DNA of 64,000 nt. Origin: Rhynchobatus australiae (lineage: Eukaryota). Below the pieces are notes generated by a model, which was given only the letters and a program-made list of their open reading frames with translations, did not search any database and was not told the origin of the DNA. Each line of letters opens with the position of its first letter. Positions within the stretch are counted from its first letter, which is position 1. The position numbers were made by a program, and so were the translations under genes. Below, in pieces: positions 1 through 12,203 of this stretch. The stretch covers positions 32,645,258 through 32,709,257 of the forward strand of contig JAUZTB010000107.1 in NCBI GenBank assembly GCA_034780895.1. Direction: 5' to 3'.

Positions 1-315
1 TTATAAAGCTGCAGCACAACTTCCTGATTCTTGAACTCAATACCTTGATTAATAAAGACAAGCATCAGATCTCCAGTTAGAATAAGTCTCATCGGCTGCT
101 ACCCTCTGATCTCCAGTTAGAATAAGTCTCATCGGCTGCTACCCTCTGTCTTCTACAGGCAAGCCAATTCTGAATCCAAATGGCCAATTCACCATGGATT
201 CCATGCATCTTAATCTTCTGGATGAGTCTCTCATGAGGGACCTTGTCAAACACCTTACTGAAATACATGCAGACAACATCCACAGCTCTACCTTTATCGA
301 TCACCTTCATGAAGA
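1..315 (-). mobile_element. CR1-clade LINE fragment (RT region, internally deleted)
   Basis: Minus ORF 89..340 gives DVVCMYFSKVFDKVPHERLIQKIKMHGIHGELAIWIQNWLACRRQRV, the CR1 ORF2 D..Y.DFSKAFDKVPH...WI.NWL..R.QRV motif; 1-60 resembles a more 3' part of the same ORF. Confidence 0.9.
68..148. repeat. Perfect 40-bp tandem duplication inside the CR1 fragment
   Basis: gatctccagttagaataagtctcatcggctgctaccctct at 68-107 and 108-147. Confidence 0.95.
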
Positions 316-684
316 GTAAGGAACATGACAATGGGGACAAATCTGGAAAGCAGATGGGGACATGGTGGTAATATCAAGCCTGCAGAATATTATCCTCCTC
401 TAGTTGGTGGTAAAACCAGAGGCAGGATGCTACAACCAGGGATCTTTGGGGGTGTTCCCTCGCTGTTGGGAAATAAACCATACCTTAGTCTGTAGCAGTG
501 GTGGGAACAGGGAGGAGAGTTGGGTTGCACCCAGGCAATTGCAAGGGGAGAGGGCTGTGGGTCAGCATCACAGCTGTGGAAAAACACAAAGTTTAGTTGA
601 GGTGTTTGGGAGAGGGGGAAGATTGGAGAAAGAGTTAATGAGGGGGGGTTCCTGCTGGCTCCAAGTAGGTGCACACTTGCTGTG

Positions 685-987
685 TCAAATCCTATGGTCT
701 TTTTCCTTCCTATCTCTAACTTCCTCTCACCCAATTACCTCGCCAGACCTGTAATTTCAACTCTGTATTCTCATGCATCCCAGATCTCCTTTGTACTTGC
801 CTTCAGTTGCCTGAGTTCTGGAATTTCCACTTTAGACCTTCTGCCTCTCTCCTTTTAATTCTTGGTTGCTTGGCCTAATATCTCGTAATGTGGCTTAGTT
901 TCCAATTTTATCTGAGAATATTCCACAATGGAGCATGGGATGCTCTTACTACTTTATAAAGGTGCTATATAAATGCAACTTGTTGGT
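685..987 (+). mobile_element. L2-like LINE 3' end, decayed
   Basis: Contains gccttcagttgcctg..tctggaatttcc and ends ggtgctatataaatgcaacttgttg, resembling elasmobranch L2-type tails. Confidence 0.6.
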
Positions 988-1489
988 TTATGAAATCTTC
1001 TTCATTGTATTGTTTGTCTCTGATCAGTGAATTGGGTGAGAAGATGCAACAAAAAGAACCATATCCAGAAACCTTCTTTTGAAGCAGGAGGCATTAGTAT
1101 TGTTCTGTAATGGATCAACCAAACTGAGCGTGTTATAAATATTAATAAGGAATGTTACCATGATCACTCTCCACTTTTTGCTATCAAAATTGATCTGCAA
1201 AACTGGCAATTCTGTGATTCTTTGTTCTAACTGTACTTTTACAGTGAGAATAGTGAAATGAGTCATGCAAGATGCAGACATATGGTGACTGTACAGTATA
1301 GTTCAGTGAATTAACAACTTTGATTCACAATTTCCACTCTTATTTCTCTGGCTCTGATTTCCTGAAATGAATTAATTATGTAAAATTAACTATTATTTAA
1401 GTTTTCAGTTCATTATTTCAGTGGTTAAGAGCTTCTGATTCTATTTTTTCCCCCTACCTATTTATAATATACATTTTTTTTTACAAAAA

Positions 1490-1677
1490 AATCAAATGCT
1501 GAGAACACTCAGCAGGTCAGGCTACATCTATGGAAAAAGAAACAGTTAATGTTTCATCAGGGCCTGAAATATTAAGTCTATTTATCTTTTAACAGATGTT
1601 ACCTGACCTGCTGAGTGTTCCCAGCACTTTCTGCTTTTATTTTGTATTTTCAGCATCTGCAACTTTTTGATTTTCAT
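1490..1677. mobile_element. Penelope-derived short palindromic element
   Basis: aacactcagcaggtcagg..acatct is inverted against agatgttacctgacctgctgagtgtt; tail ttttcagcatctgca. Confidence 0.7.
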
Positions 1678-4169
1678 CCCCGTTTTTTTTTCCCTTTCCC
1701 TCATTACAATAGTGGCACTAATCTGATTCCAAAACTCTTGAGTGTTCTAAAATTATGAAAGTAGAAGATAATTGCCTATCTTTTTTTTCCCTCTCTCCTA
1801 ATGTTTGCTGGATGGAGCATTGCAGGCACTGGTTTTCTTCTAATCACTTAGAAATTGTTTAAGTTAATATACTGGAAAGAAAAATGTAGTGAGTATTGGT
1901 TGGCTGTTTCATGTTGGGAAGTATAGCAGAACAGCATCTGGTTCACCTCACCTAAATACCCATCACTGACATGGAACAAGGATCCCATCTTGCTTCCTTT
2001 TACCATCCCTCACTGCACGCCCCTTCTCCCCAGGAGCCCCCTCCCCTCCCCCCACTCTGCGAGATTACAGCCAACAGCACTGAAGGTGATCTATGGCAGT
2101 TCAGTTNNNNNNNNNNNNNNNNNNNNNNGCAGGACTAGATCATTTGGCATTCAAGAATGCCCAGTCATTCATTGAATTTATAGGTGATAATTTACACGGT
2201 TTTCCTGCATATTCCCATTTATCCCTAGATTGCCTTACTTTTCAGAAATCTATCGATCCTTTTTAAAATAAATTCTATTAGATAAGTCATTAGAAATCTA
2301 TTACTTTCTCACTTGTGTGAAGTTATTTATAATGTTCTTGGGGAGGCTTCTTTAACCAACAGGATGGCTAGATTACATATGTTGAGGTCTTGTAGTGAAG
2401 CAACTATAAAGTACCACTGAGGAAAACACTTAACCAATGTTAATGAATTATATAACATATTATTTGCTCCTCCTGTCTCTTTTTGGAAGCCTGCATTTGA
2501 TAACATTTTCTATCTGTTAGTCTTTGACTCTATCACGTAGGAAATACTGGATGGGATCTCGCTGGACTTGTTCTACCAGATGTAATCCTTGCCCATCTGC
2601 TGTGGATGTGGAAGGCCCATCTTGCTGACCTTCCATATTCTCAAGTCTGATGAGGAGATCTCGGTGGTGACTGGGCCTCAGCTGGATGGACTCCTGAAAG
2701 ATTTTGGCAGAAGGCAAAGCTTGGGTCAGAGCTTTGTCTTTTGTCAAAGCTGTGATGGTTTTAAGTTTTTTAAATGTACCTGACCATCAGAAACGCAGTA
2801 AAATTAAAAAATAAATGATAAAAAAAATACATCATGGTTTGAGTATTTTTAAAAACTGCAAATTAAAACCATGAAACACATGGAAATATTTAAAAGCTAA
2901 TGTAAAATAATTAAAATATTATTTAGCTTCCCTTTGGCCTTATCTGCAGATCTAAATGTCCATTGAAATCGATAGGGCCCCTGATCCTGTGCCAGATCTG
3001 AACTAATCTAGGATTTGAGTGCTGATTTCTCCAATGAAATGCTGGGGAATCTTAGCAAGACTGTGCCTGGCTGGGGGACTCGATGTGGAGTGCAGTGACA
3101 GATGTGGCACCATTTGTCACTCAATAAATCTCGGACTTTTGCATGTGCAGAAGTCTGAGGCTTACTGAAAATTTAGTGGCTGGAAGCCAGCAGCTCCAAG
3201 TTGAATTGCTCGCTCCAGGCCAGCAAGATTTCCCCCAACTGGAATCTACGCCTGAGCACTAGGTGGTGGTGTACTTCAGTGCACTAACACCCTGAGCAGT
3301 AGGCAACCAGAATACAACTGTGCTCAAGGAAGGCAATATTACAATAGGCAGGTTGAGCTTGTCAACTGGAAGTTTTTCCTTATTTTTCTGTTCTCTACTT
3401 GTGCTTTGGAGGCATTCTGTATTCTGATAAGTTTCTGGTGAACTGTTCATAAATAAACCACTTAATTACACAGTTGCATGAAGTGCTGTTGACTTCTCTT
3501 TGCCCAAACCAGTTTAAGAAGTCAGTTGTCTGAAATTCAATTTTAAAATTCTGAAAGAAGAGCATCTTCAAGCGGCAGAGTGCACAAATTAGATTATGAG
3601 CTCCAAATAAAGCACTAAGACATTTGAATGGATTAACCACTGAAAGGGATTGGTTTTGAGTACAGTGAAGCCATGACCCAATTTAGGACAAAATTCAATG
3701 TCAGGGTTTAAAATTAATTACCATTAATGTAACTAAAATTAAATCATTGCATTCTGTCAATGGCATTGTTTCTGGATGGTACAATTATACATTATGTTTT
3801 TATAAGTTTTAAAAGAAAATAAGCATTTGGGACGTTACTTATTCTTTATATTACAATCCATTATCTTTTCTAGCCTGCTTACTTTAAACTTGACTGCTGC
3901 AACCAGTGCAATTGGCATTGGCATCACACTTCCATTCTCCTTGTATCTTCTTGCTTTTGGTGTCCTGAAGAACTATTTCCATTATTATGAATAAGTCTGT
4001 ACTATTGCAAATTTGACCATTTTCCTAGAAAAGAAATGTTCAGATTTCTGCANNNNNNNNNNGGGGGGGATAAGAAAATGTTTTTAGTGAGCAAGTGTGT
4101 AATGGTTGTCCATAGGTCTCAGTAACTTAACTAAGGATTTAGTGAACCAAGCTATGATTTGAAAGGAGA

Positions 4170-4560
4170 AAGAACAAGCTGCTGGAGGAACTCGATGGGT
4201 CGGGCAGCATCTGTGGAGGCAAAGGGTCTTGGGTCTAGACTCTGCATCAGGACTGAGAGTGCATGGTGGTCCGAATGCAGGCTTTCCACCCAAAACATTG
4301 ACAATTTCTTTCCTCCCACAGATGCTGCATGACCCACTGAGTTCCTCTAGCACATTGTTAAGCGATGGGTGGATCCAGGTGAGGAGGGGTTGATGGACAG
4401 ATGAAGCCAGATGGGGGAGGTAGAGGTGGAGATGGTGACAGGCTGGGAGGTGAATAGTGGAGATGACAAATAGTTGCAGATTATGGAATTTGACAAAGGA
4501 AGGTGAGGAATGAAACCAGGTAAGGGAGGATTGCTGGGCAAATAGGAACAGGAGGGGATA
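4170..4560. mobile_element. Penelope terminal inverted segment plus adjacent minus-strand 3' region
   Basis: gctgctggaggaactcgatgggtcgggcagcatctgtgg is inverted against cacagatgctgcatgacccactgagttcctctagca, with two back-to-back degenerate hammerhead-like motifs between them; a purine-rich Penelope-like stretch follows. Confidence 0.75.
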
Positions 4561-6402
4561 GGGAATGGAGTGGATAGAGCACTCTGGTTACTCTATGAAT
4601 GAAGAGAGAATTTTGTAAGTAGTCTCCAAAAGGGTGACAAATGAAGAAGACGTGACATTTCAGCTCTAGAGCAAAAGTGGAGTGCACATTGAACATACAG
4701 GAATGTAGGGGTGCATAAACTGATGAATTAGGTACCCCAGATGTCACAGGTACCATAGTAGTATATGATGAAACAGGAGGAAGATGCAGCCCCATTGACC
4801 AGTGAACATTATTTTCTTGAACCATAAGTTTGTGTTAGAAAGATCTGTTGATCCAGCATGCATTAACATAGATTTTTCTCTTACAAATTATACTTTATTT
4901 TTCATTTCTTTGTTTAGTGATAAATTGTATTTCACAACTATAGGTGCTATTATATATTTAATAAACATAGTAATTGCAATAACCCTGCTTCAGAAGGTAC
5001 TTTGCAATACACCTTTTGTTGATTTAATAAATGGCGCTTTGTGCTGTTTCCTGAAGTTTTTTTTTCTCATTTAGTTATAAAATGTGGCCTGTACTTCGAA
5101 AGAGTCTGGTTTGCATATTTCAATTATGCTTTTAAGTGTAGGTGTGACACATCCTGACCAGTCATCAAGTCCTTTTGCTAAGCCCATAACACACAAAAAA
5201 GTTCTAAACAATTATTTTTATTGTGGAGCATTTAACTAGTTTTGAATATTATTTTGAAACCACACTACAGACTTGGCATGGACAAAACTTACTGATATTT
5301 AAGTTGTTTATTCCACAATTTTAATGAAGTTTTGTTCTTTTTAATGGCTTGATATATTTCTTTGGATAGGTGCAGTTTTGTTTTGCAGACTGAATCTGGG
5401 AAAGTAAATTGTCAAAGTTTAAACTCTGAGGCCCAGATTTTTATATACTGTAAGTCAATGCCCTCGGCAAAGTTCCTCGGAATAATTGCCAACACATCAG
5501 AGTTCGGGCAGGTCATACAGGCCTGAACAGGATGTTCCTCAATAGCTATTTAGCAAATACAAGCTGCAAATATCTTGGAGGTGAAGTGGATTGTATTTAC
5601 TTTCTGGGCTTCATTCAGAGCTTAGGATGGGAATAATGCATGACAAAGCTTTAATTACTATATAACAATATTTCAGTTGACTTGGGTGGTGATTTGTTTC
5701 TTCAACAGATTATGCAAAATAATGTTATTTTTTCCACAGATGGCAACAGTTAACAATTACATTCATCAGATTAATAATAGCTGCAGTTTTAATTATGTTC
5801 CTTGATGCAACTTGCAGTTGAACTGCTATTTCTTGAACAAAAACACACTTTGATGAATTCTATCTTTTGCATGCATGTGCTTTTATAACATTTATAATAT
5901 ACAGTAATCTATATATTATATTGAGCAACANNNNNNNNNNNNNNNNNNNNNNNNNNNNNNNNNNNNNNNNNNNNNNNNNNNNNNNNNNNNNNNNNNNNNN
6001 NNNNNNNNNNNNNNNNNNNNNNNNNNNNNNNNNNNNNNNNNNNNNNNNNNNNNNNNNNNNNNNNNNNNNNNNNNNNNNNNNNNNNNNNNNNNNNNNNNNN
6101 NNNNNNNNNNNNNNNNNNNNNNNNNNNNNNNNNNNNNNNNNNNNNNNNNNNNNNNNNNNNNNNNNNNNNNNNNNNNNNNNNNNNNNNNNNNNNNNNNNNN
6201 NNNNNNNNNNNNNNNNNNAACATTTATGGCATGTACATATGAATTGTAGAATTTTTCAGCATAGACAGAGGCTATTCAGCCCATTGTATCTATTTTGCAT
6301 CTTTGGATGAGCTAACAGTCCTATGCCTTTTTTTTTGTTCCTCTGCAAATATCTTCAGTTTTGAAAGTTATCAATGAATCTGCTTCCACAACTTTTCTGT
6401 AA

Positions 6403-6655
6403 AATATGAGGGTGTAAATAGAGTAAGTAGGAATGGGTGAGGTGGGGGGGGGCAACGACAGTAATTGGGCATAGTTTTGTAGTAATTAGTGCCAGGATTA
6501 GAGGGGAGATGATTTTTGCTGCATCCAGAGGGTAGTAGGGATCAGGAACTCTTAGGTAGTGAGAGGGTAGGTGAAGCAGAAATCTTCATTATGCTTGAGA
6601 AGTACTGAGACTTGTGTAGTCTCGGAGAAAGGTAGGATTTGGCATGATTAACATT
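6403..6655 (+). mobile_element. CR1 3' fragment, highly decayed
   Basis: gggcatagtttt...ccagagggtagtagggatcaggaactct...gaagcagaaatc resembles the CR1 GH.L....QRVV..WNSL...VEA tail. Confidence 0.45.
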
Positions 6656-8207
6656 TGCAGCACACCCAGGGAAGTGTACTTGTGTAGCTGTAACCCAAAA
6701 GGCGAGGAACCTGCTGGTGGTGCGATTAGTTTGTGGTAGTACTTGCTGTGCGTTTGCACACGGCACCACTTTGTCTACATCTCCTGAAGTTTAGTATCAA
6801 TTTCCTCACTGTCATTGCCAATTTAATCCTATGATAGTTAATTTTGTAATTAAATCCATTATGTGGTACTGTGTGAAACTCTACTGCAGTACCTNNNNNN
6901 NNNNNNNNNNNNNNNNNNNNNNNNNNNNNNNNNNNNNNNNNNNNNNNNNNNNNNNNNNNNNNNNNNNNNNNNNNNNNNNNNNNNNNNNNNNNNNGTAATT
7001 AAATCCATTATGTGGTACTTTGTGAAACTCTACTGCAGTACCTGAACCATCTCTGTTAACCATCAAAGAACTTGTTTAAGTTAGTTGAACATGATTTACA
7101 TTTAATAAATTTGTCCTAGATGAAAATGATTAACCCATGTTTTTCCAAGTGCTAATTAATTTTGTCTTGGATTTTAGGGCCTGTTTGTACCTGCTCATAT
7201 TCAATGAGCACAATTTTCCTCCCTGGGTGTGCTGCATTTGTCTTTTTAGTTGCACATCTGCCAATAACATTGAGACTTTGATTCCATGACTGGGCTAATC
7301 AGAAGCATTTAAAATCAGGTAAAATTCATTTAAATAAACTTAAGTAGTCTAAATTATGAAGACAAACTTAAAAAATTAAACATTTAAAACACTGAAGTAT
7401 TGTTAATTAAAACCTTAAATGAACAGAAAATAATCTTAGTAAAAGGTACCTTTTTAATGCAGGTAAATGACCCAATGCTAATTAATGGGGCCATGCCATA
7501 TGTGCCAACCATGGCTGATGCAAAGTTGGTGTATTCTTGTGCCTGCTGGTTCTGGTGACAAAAGATTGTTTCCTAATCCTACGAACTCTATCTGGTCCCT
7601 TAGGTCAGTAGGCTACAGAATTCTCCTGGACTTTGGTGGATCCAAGGACAGAGCAAGTAGGCAGGTGAAACAGCATTTGATCTCCAGTGAGTTCCAAACT
7701 TCCATGCAGTAATGTATAATGGTAGAAGTCCAGAATGAGGTCATGTTGCATTGCATTTTGCCGATGTTCTCTACCTGCCAATGAAGTACAGAAGCTCCTG
7801 CAATATGCAATACCCAATATATTTAAACATTGAAATTGCCTTTACCACCAATGTTAGGCTGATTTGGTCTCCCATTCTCCTTTTATGAATAAGAATGTGA
7901 AATTTACAATCTTCTGGACCTCTGGCACCTCTCCATATCTAAGGGGAATTGGAAAAATATGATCAGAGTTTCTGGTTGTGCCAGCTGTCAAAGGATGTTG
8001 GGTGTTTCGTGAGTAATTGAGGATGTAGAGAACCAGCAAGAGTTTTCTGTGTCCAGCCCAGAAAGTATGAGTATGGGCAGGTTGAGGGTGGTGTTTCTGG
8101 GCAGATGAAGTGTCAGCATGAACTGGCTTAATTGTAGATGCCATTTTGTTCCATTCTGCTCTTCTGGCTTTCTCTACTGCTAGCATCATTTGTGAATTGA
8201 ACATTAA

Positions 8208-8695
8208 CATAGAGTCATTGAGTCATACAGTGTGGAACAGGCCTCTTGGCCCAACTGGTCCATGCTGACTGTGTTGCCCAGCGAGCTAGACCTATCTGCC
8301 TGCTTTTGGCCTGTAGCCCTCTAAACCTCTCCTATCTATGTACTTACCTAAATGTCTTTTAAATGTTGCTAACGTGCCCGCCTCAACCACTATTTCTGGC
8401 AGCTCATTCCAAATACACACCACCCTTTGCTTGAAGAAGTTGCCCCTGATATCTCTTTTAAATCTCTCGCCTCTGACCTTAAGCCAGTGCCCTCTTGTTT
8501 TTAGCACCTCCTCCCTGGGAAAAAGATGATGTGCTTTCACCCTGCCTATTCCCCTCTTGATCTTAATTACCTTTTTATCAGGTCAACCCTCAATCTCCTA
8601 CATTCCAAGGAATAAAGTCTAGTCTGTGCAACCTCTCCTTGTAACCAACATCCTGGTAAATCTCTTTTGCACTCTTTCTAGTTTAATAACATCTC
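8208..8695 (-). mobile_element. CR1 LINE 3' end (5'-truncated)
   Basis: ORF 8292..8540 FPREEVLKTRGHWLKVRGERFKRDIRGNFFKQRVVCIWNELPEIVVEAGTLATFKRHL is the CR1 ORF2 C-terminus; short-repeat tail catagagtcattgagtcata. Confidence 0.95.
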
Positions 8696-8940
8696 CTCTG
8701 TTGCCTTCTAATGTGCAAAGTGACAATTGGTCTGCATCCAGATCACCTCAGTGGTCTGATTCTTCTTTGACTCATCCAAGGTATGCAAGGTGTAGGATGT
8801 CACCTGATATCACTATGCTTAACAATAACATTAGTTCCAGGAACACTTAAGTTTAGCTACTGTATATTAATCTGTAAAGAATATAAACTAATTGGCTTTA
8901 TAGTGAAGAAGATTGATGATGGCAATACAATAGACATCTC

Positions 8941-9105
8941 CCTTGCCTAAGAGAGTGGTTGAAGCTGGGTCACTGATAGCATTTAAAAAGTGTCTAGATG
9001 AACCCCTGAACTGCTTGGGCATAGAAGCTATAGACCAAGTAATGGGAGATAAGATTAATACAGAAGGGTGTCCACTGATGATTAGCGTGGACAAGTAGGG
9101 GGTAT
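8941..9105 (+). mobile_element. CR1 3' fragment
   Basis: ttgcctaagagagtggttgaagctgggtcactgatagcatttaaaaagtgtctagat encodes LP.RVVEAGSLIAFKKCLD. Confidence 0.75.
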
Positions 9106-11029
9106 AATTCTATCACTTTAATTTTGCAGGACACCAGAGAGTCAAAGTATTATTCAATTCTAATAGCAATAATAATCTAGCCTGTGATTCTTGTATATAC
9201 ACATGACTATATCATTTTGTTTTATAACTTGCACATTACGCATACATGAGACTACTTTTTCCTCTTTGAAAATAAGTGTTTTAGCACCCTTCACGTGTAT
9301 ATGCTGTTATCAGTCTGTGACTTGGTTTCCTTTATCGATTTTAACTCCTCAGCTGTGTACCTGTTTTGGATGTTGTATTGGCTCCTGAACTTGCAATCTC
9401 TTGGCTTAACTGTTTTGCTTTTCAGTGACACTTGACCGGTAGTTGACCCTGTGTCAAGATCAGGAATAGATTCATCAGTGCACATCACTCCGATATCTTC
9501 AAGTGTGCCTGTTGCTGTGATCATTTGATCTACACAGATATTTCTGACATTATATCTGATACTAAATTTGTTTTTGGATTTCATACTTGGACAACTTCAA
9601 CAAGGTCCTATTGCTGATTCTCATAGTTGCTCATTGGTCGAGTTACTCCTGAATTTTTCCACTTAGACAAAATTACTTTTCTTTGCCTTGATTTGGTCAG
9701 CAGACTCTAAAGGCCTGACCCAGATGGTGTTTTGACAGCTGACCCTTGAGGAGAAGAGAGCTTGTGGAACCACTGGCCGGGATAACTTGGTCCAAAAGTT
9801 TGAAATGATAGATAAGCATTTGAAAAATATGCTGGGGCAGTGGGTGGGGGGAAGAAAATTTAAATGCCTGTGCAGTTGAACTTGCAACTGTTATTTGTGG
9901 AATTATTGATCAGAATACAGCTTTGAAGTATTTATTTGTTGATGTTTCCATGGTATGGAATCATTTGCCTTTAAATTTAAATCAGTGACTATTTGAATCT
10001 ACCAATTTCTTCATGTCACAAACATTTTGGTCTCATTTCTTAACTCTAGTTGAGGCCTGGCTGGCAGGCAGGCAGTGGGGTGATAAGGAAACAATGAAGT
10101 TCATTGGTAACACAAGGAAATGTTCGTATGGCTTAGTTGTAAGAAGTGGGAGTTGATATGAGCTTTTGTGTGTCATTTTAATTGGTCAGTTTATCCATGA
10201 ACTAATATGGTGTGAATGATGGACAATGATGGAGAAGCAGTAGGAACAAGAAGTTGCTTGGCTTCATGCAGCTGCTGAGAAATAAATGAACAGTCGCCAG
10301 CATAATGTCAATGAAGGAATGGAGAGACCCAAAGGAGTTGATTGTGGTCATGGAGTGCAGCAAGTAGCCCCTAAGGTTCCTTATGAGACCAGAAGCACAG
10401 TCTAACTTTTCCTTCCTACCCCACATAAGCATTCAAAATATTTTAAATGTTTACTTATCTAGGGCTGCTTTGGGCTGATTCATGTTGCATCAAGATTCCT
10501 GAGCACGAGCGGCACTGTGGGTCACTCGTCTAAACTGAGATTAAAATAAAATTTCACTCCTGAATTACATCATTAGATCACTATACTTTTGAATAATTTT
10601 GGACTTCTTCCAATGATATCTATAATTTGCCTATGAAAATGGTATTGAGTGTCACAGTGCCCTGGTTTTCAAGTCTTGTCTTTGGCTTTCAAGTCCCTTC
10701 TCTTTGGGTACAAGATGATTTGAATTTTGGAGACTTTCAAATTTGGCATTTAAAGTTAAACTTATAAAATCTAGGAATTTATTGATCGTTTGAAAAGAGC
10801 TATGGGTATCGAAAAAGTTCACACTGGTTACTACTTGATATTTAAACCATGCTCACTAGTAATTATTAAATATAATGTAATCACTTTCTTAGATCAAAGG
10901 GAAGGAAAAACAGAAAAACCCAAGAGCAATTAGGCAATATAATCATTATACAGACCTGTGATTAGAATTTGAATATTTAGCACCAGTAGATCATAGACAT
11001 TCATGAAGTATGATTTTACATTTTTCATG

Positions 11030-11230
11030 AAGAGTCTCCCTGTCACTGCATAAGTTTCCTCTGGGTGCTTCAGTTTCCTCTCGCATCCTGAAATCCCGCA
11101 GGTTGTAAATTTAATTGGCTGCTGTAAGTTGTCCCTTGTGTGTAGGTGAATCGTAGAATTGGGGGTGTTGCTGAGAGTTTGGGGAAAATAGAATGAGATT
11201 ATTGTAGCTTTATGGAAAATAGGTGGTTTT
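11030..11230 (+). mobile_element. V-SINE fragment
   Basis: gtttcctctgggtgcttcagtttcctctcgcatcc...ttaattggctgctgtaagttgtccc is the V-domain-like core shared with 30516-30771. Confidence 0.7.
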
Positions 11231-11456
11231 GCTCACTGAGGAATATTCCAGCTCCTCAATTATCAAAATAAAACACACACAGAAGTCATGATGTAAATAT
11301 GTAATCAACACTTTGCAAAATTTGGAATTAGGATGTATTCTGGAGAACTCCACAAATGTAGCAGTAAATGTCTTGACTGCCTGGGCAACTTGTTAGGATT
11401 GACATGCTTTCTGAAGTTGAAGCTCACAGTTGTATAGCTACCAGGGATTTTTCTAG

Positions 11457-12203
11457 TGTTACAGACTAGGGCTATCAGTGAGTGTCCCCTTTTAGATAGT
11501 GTGTGTGTGTATGGCGTGCTTACATCAACAGAAGATAAAGAACATCATGACGTTGTTGTTGAAACAACCAGTTGGAGTCAGTCTGAAGNNNNNNNNNNNN
11601 NNNNNNNNNNNNNNNNNNNNNNNNNNNNNNNNNNNNNNNNNNNNNNNNNNNNNNNNNNNNNNNNNNNNNNNNNNNNNNNNNNNNNNNNAATCCACGTATG
11701 GATTGTTGAGAGTAATCTGGTGGAGTTCACTTTGTCGGTAACCTGTGGAGGAAAACAGGTAGTTGATGTGGACGGCCATGGCACAGATGCTCTAGTGTGT
11801 GGCAGACACGTCGAAATGAAGAAGTGGCGTTCACTTGGTTGTTGACCTGAAGAAGAAAACAGGTAGTTGGTGTGGACGGCCATGATACTCCCTATTTTCT
11901 CTCTGCATCTACATTTTATCTCCAGACAGGTTGTTGAAGAAGATTTACTCATGTTTTACCTTATGGCTTGCTGAACTGAACTTTAAGAACCATTCCTGGA
12001 CGTGGTGTTTGGGAATTTGCCACACACAAACGACAAGTTTAGTTAGTTTTTGGGGTTAATGTTCGGGGTTTAACATTTTTACTTCCAACATTCTAACACT
12101 TTGACTTTTATTTTTCTTATTATCATAAGTGGTTATTAATAAAGTATTTTTTTTAATACTTATACATGTCTCGGTGTGTTTCTTTTGTTGCTGGTATGTA
12201 ACA
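11457..12203 (+). mobile_element. Solo LTR (Gypsy- or ERV-type) with 4-bp TSD; contains an N gap
   Basis: Termini TGTTACA...TGTAACA (perfect 7-bp inverted repeat, TG..CA); CTAG on both sides (11453-11456, 12204-12207); AATAAA at 12138; internal repeat of ~104-bp period. Confidence 0.85.

Noticed and set aside
2020-2053. C-run cluster (G-quadruplex potential on the minus strand)
   Set aside because: Common low-complexity motif with no promoter or CpG-island context
5389-5403. Possible 15-nt microexon (ttttgcag|ACTGAATCTGGGAAA|gtaaat, TESGK)
   Set aside because: Competing AG dinucleotides just upstream and a mediocre donor; not distinguishable from chance without RNA-seq
6846-7043. 49-bp direct repeat (one mismatch) flanking exactly 100 N
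   Set aside because: Typical unmerged, probably heterozygous, contig overlap at a scaffold gap; not a TSD or a biological repeat
9291-9584. 97-aa minus-strand ORF with protein-like composition (DQMITATGTLEDIGVMCTDESIPDLD...)
   Set aside because: No recognisable motif and weak splice signals; an ORF of this length is expected by chance in 64 kb
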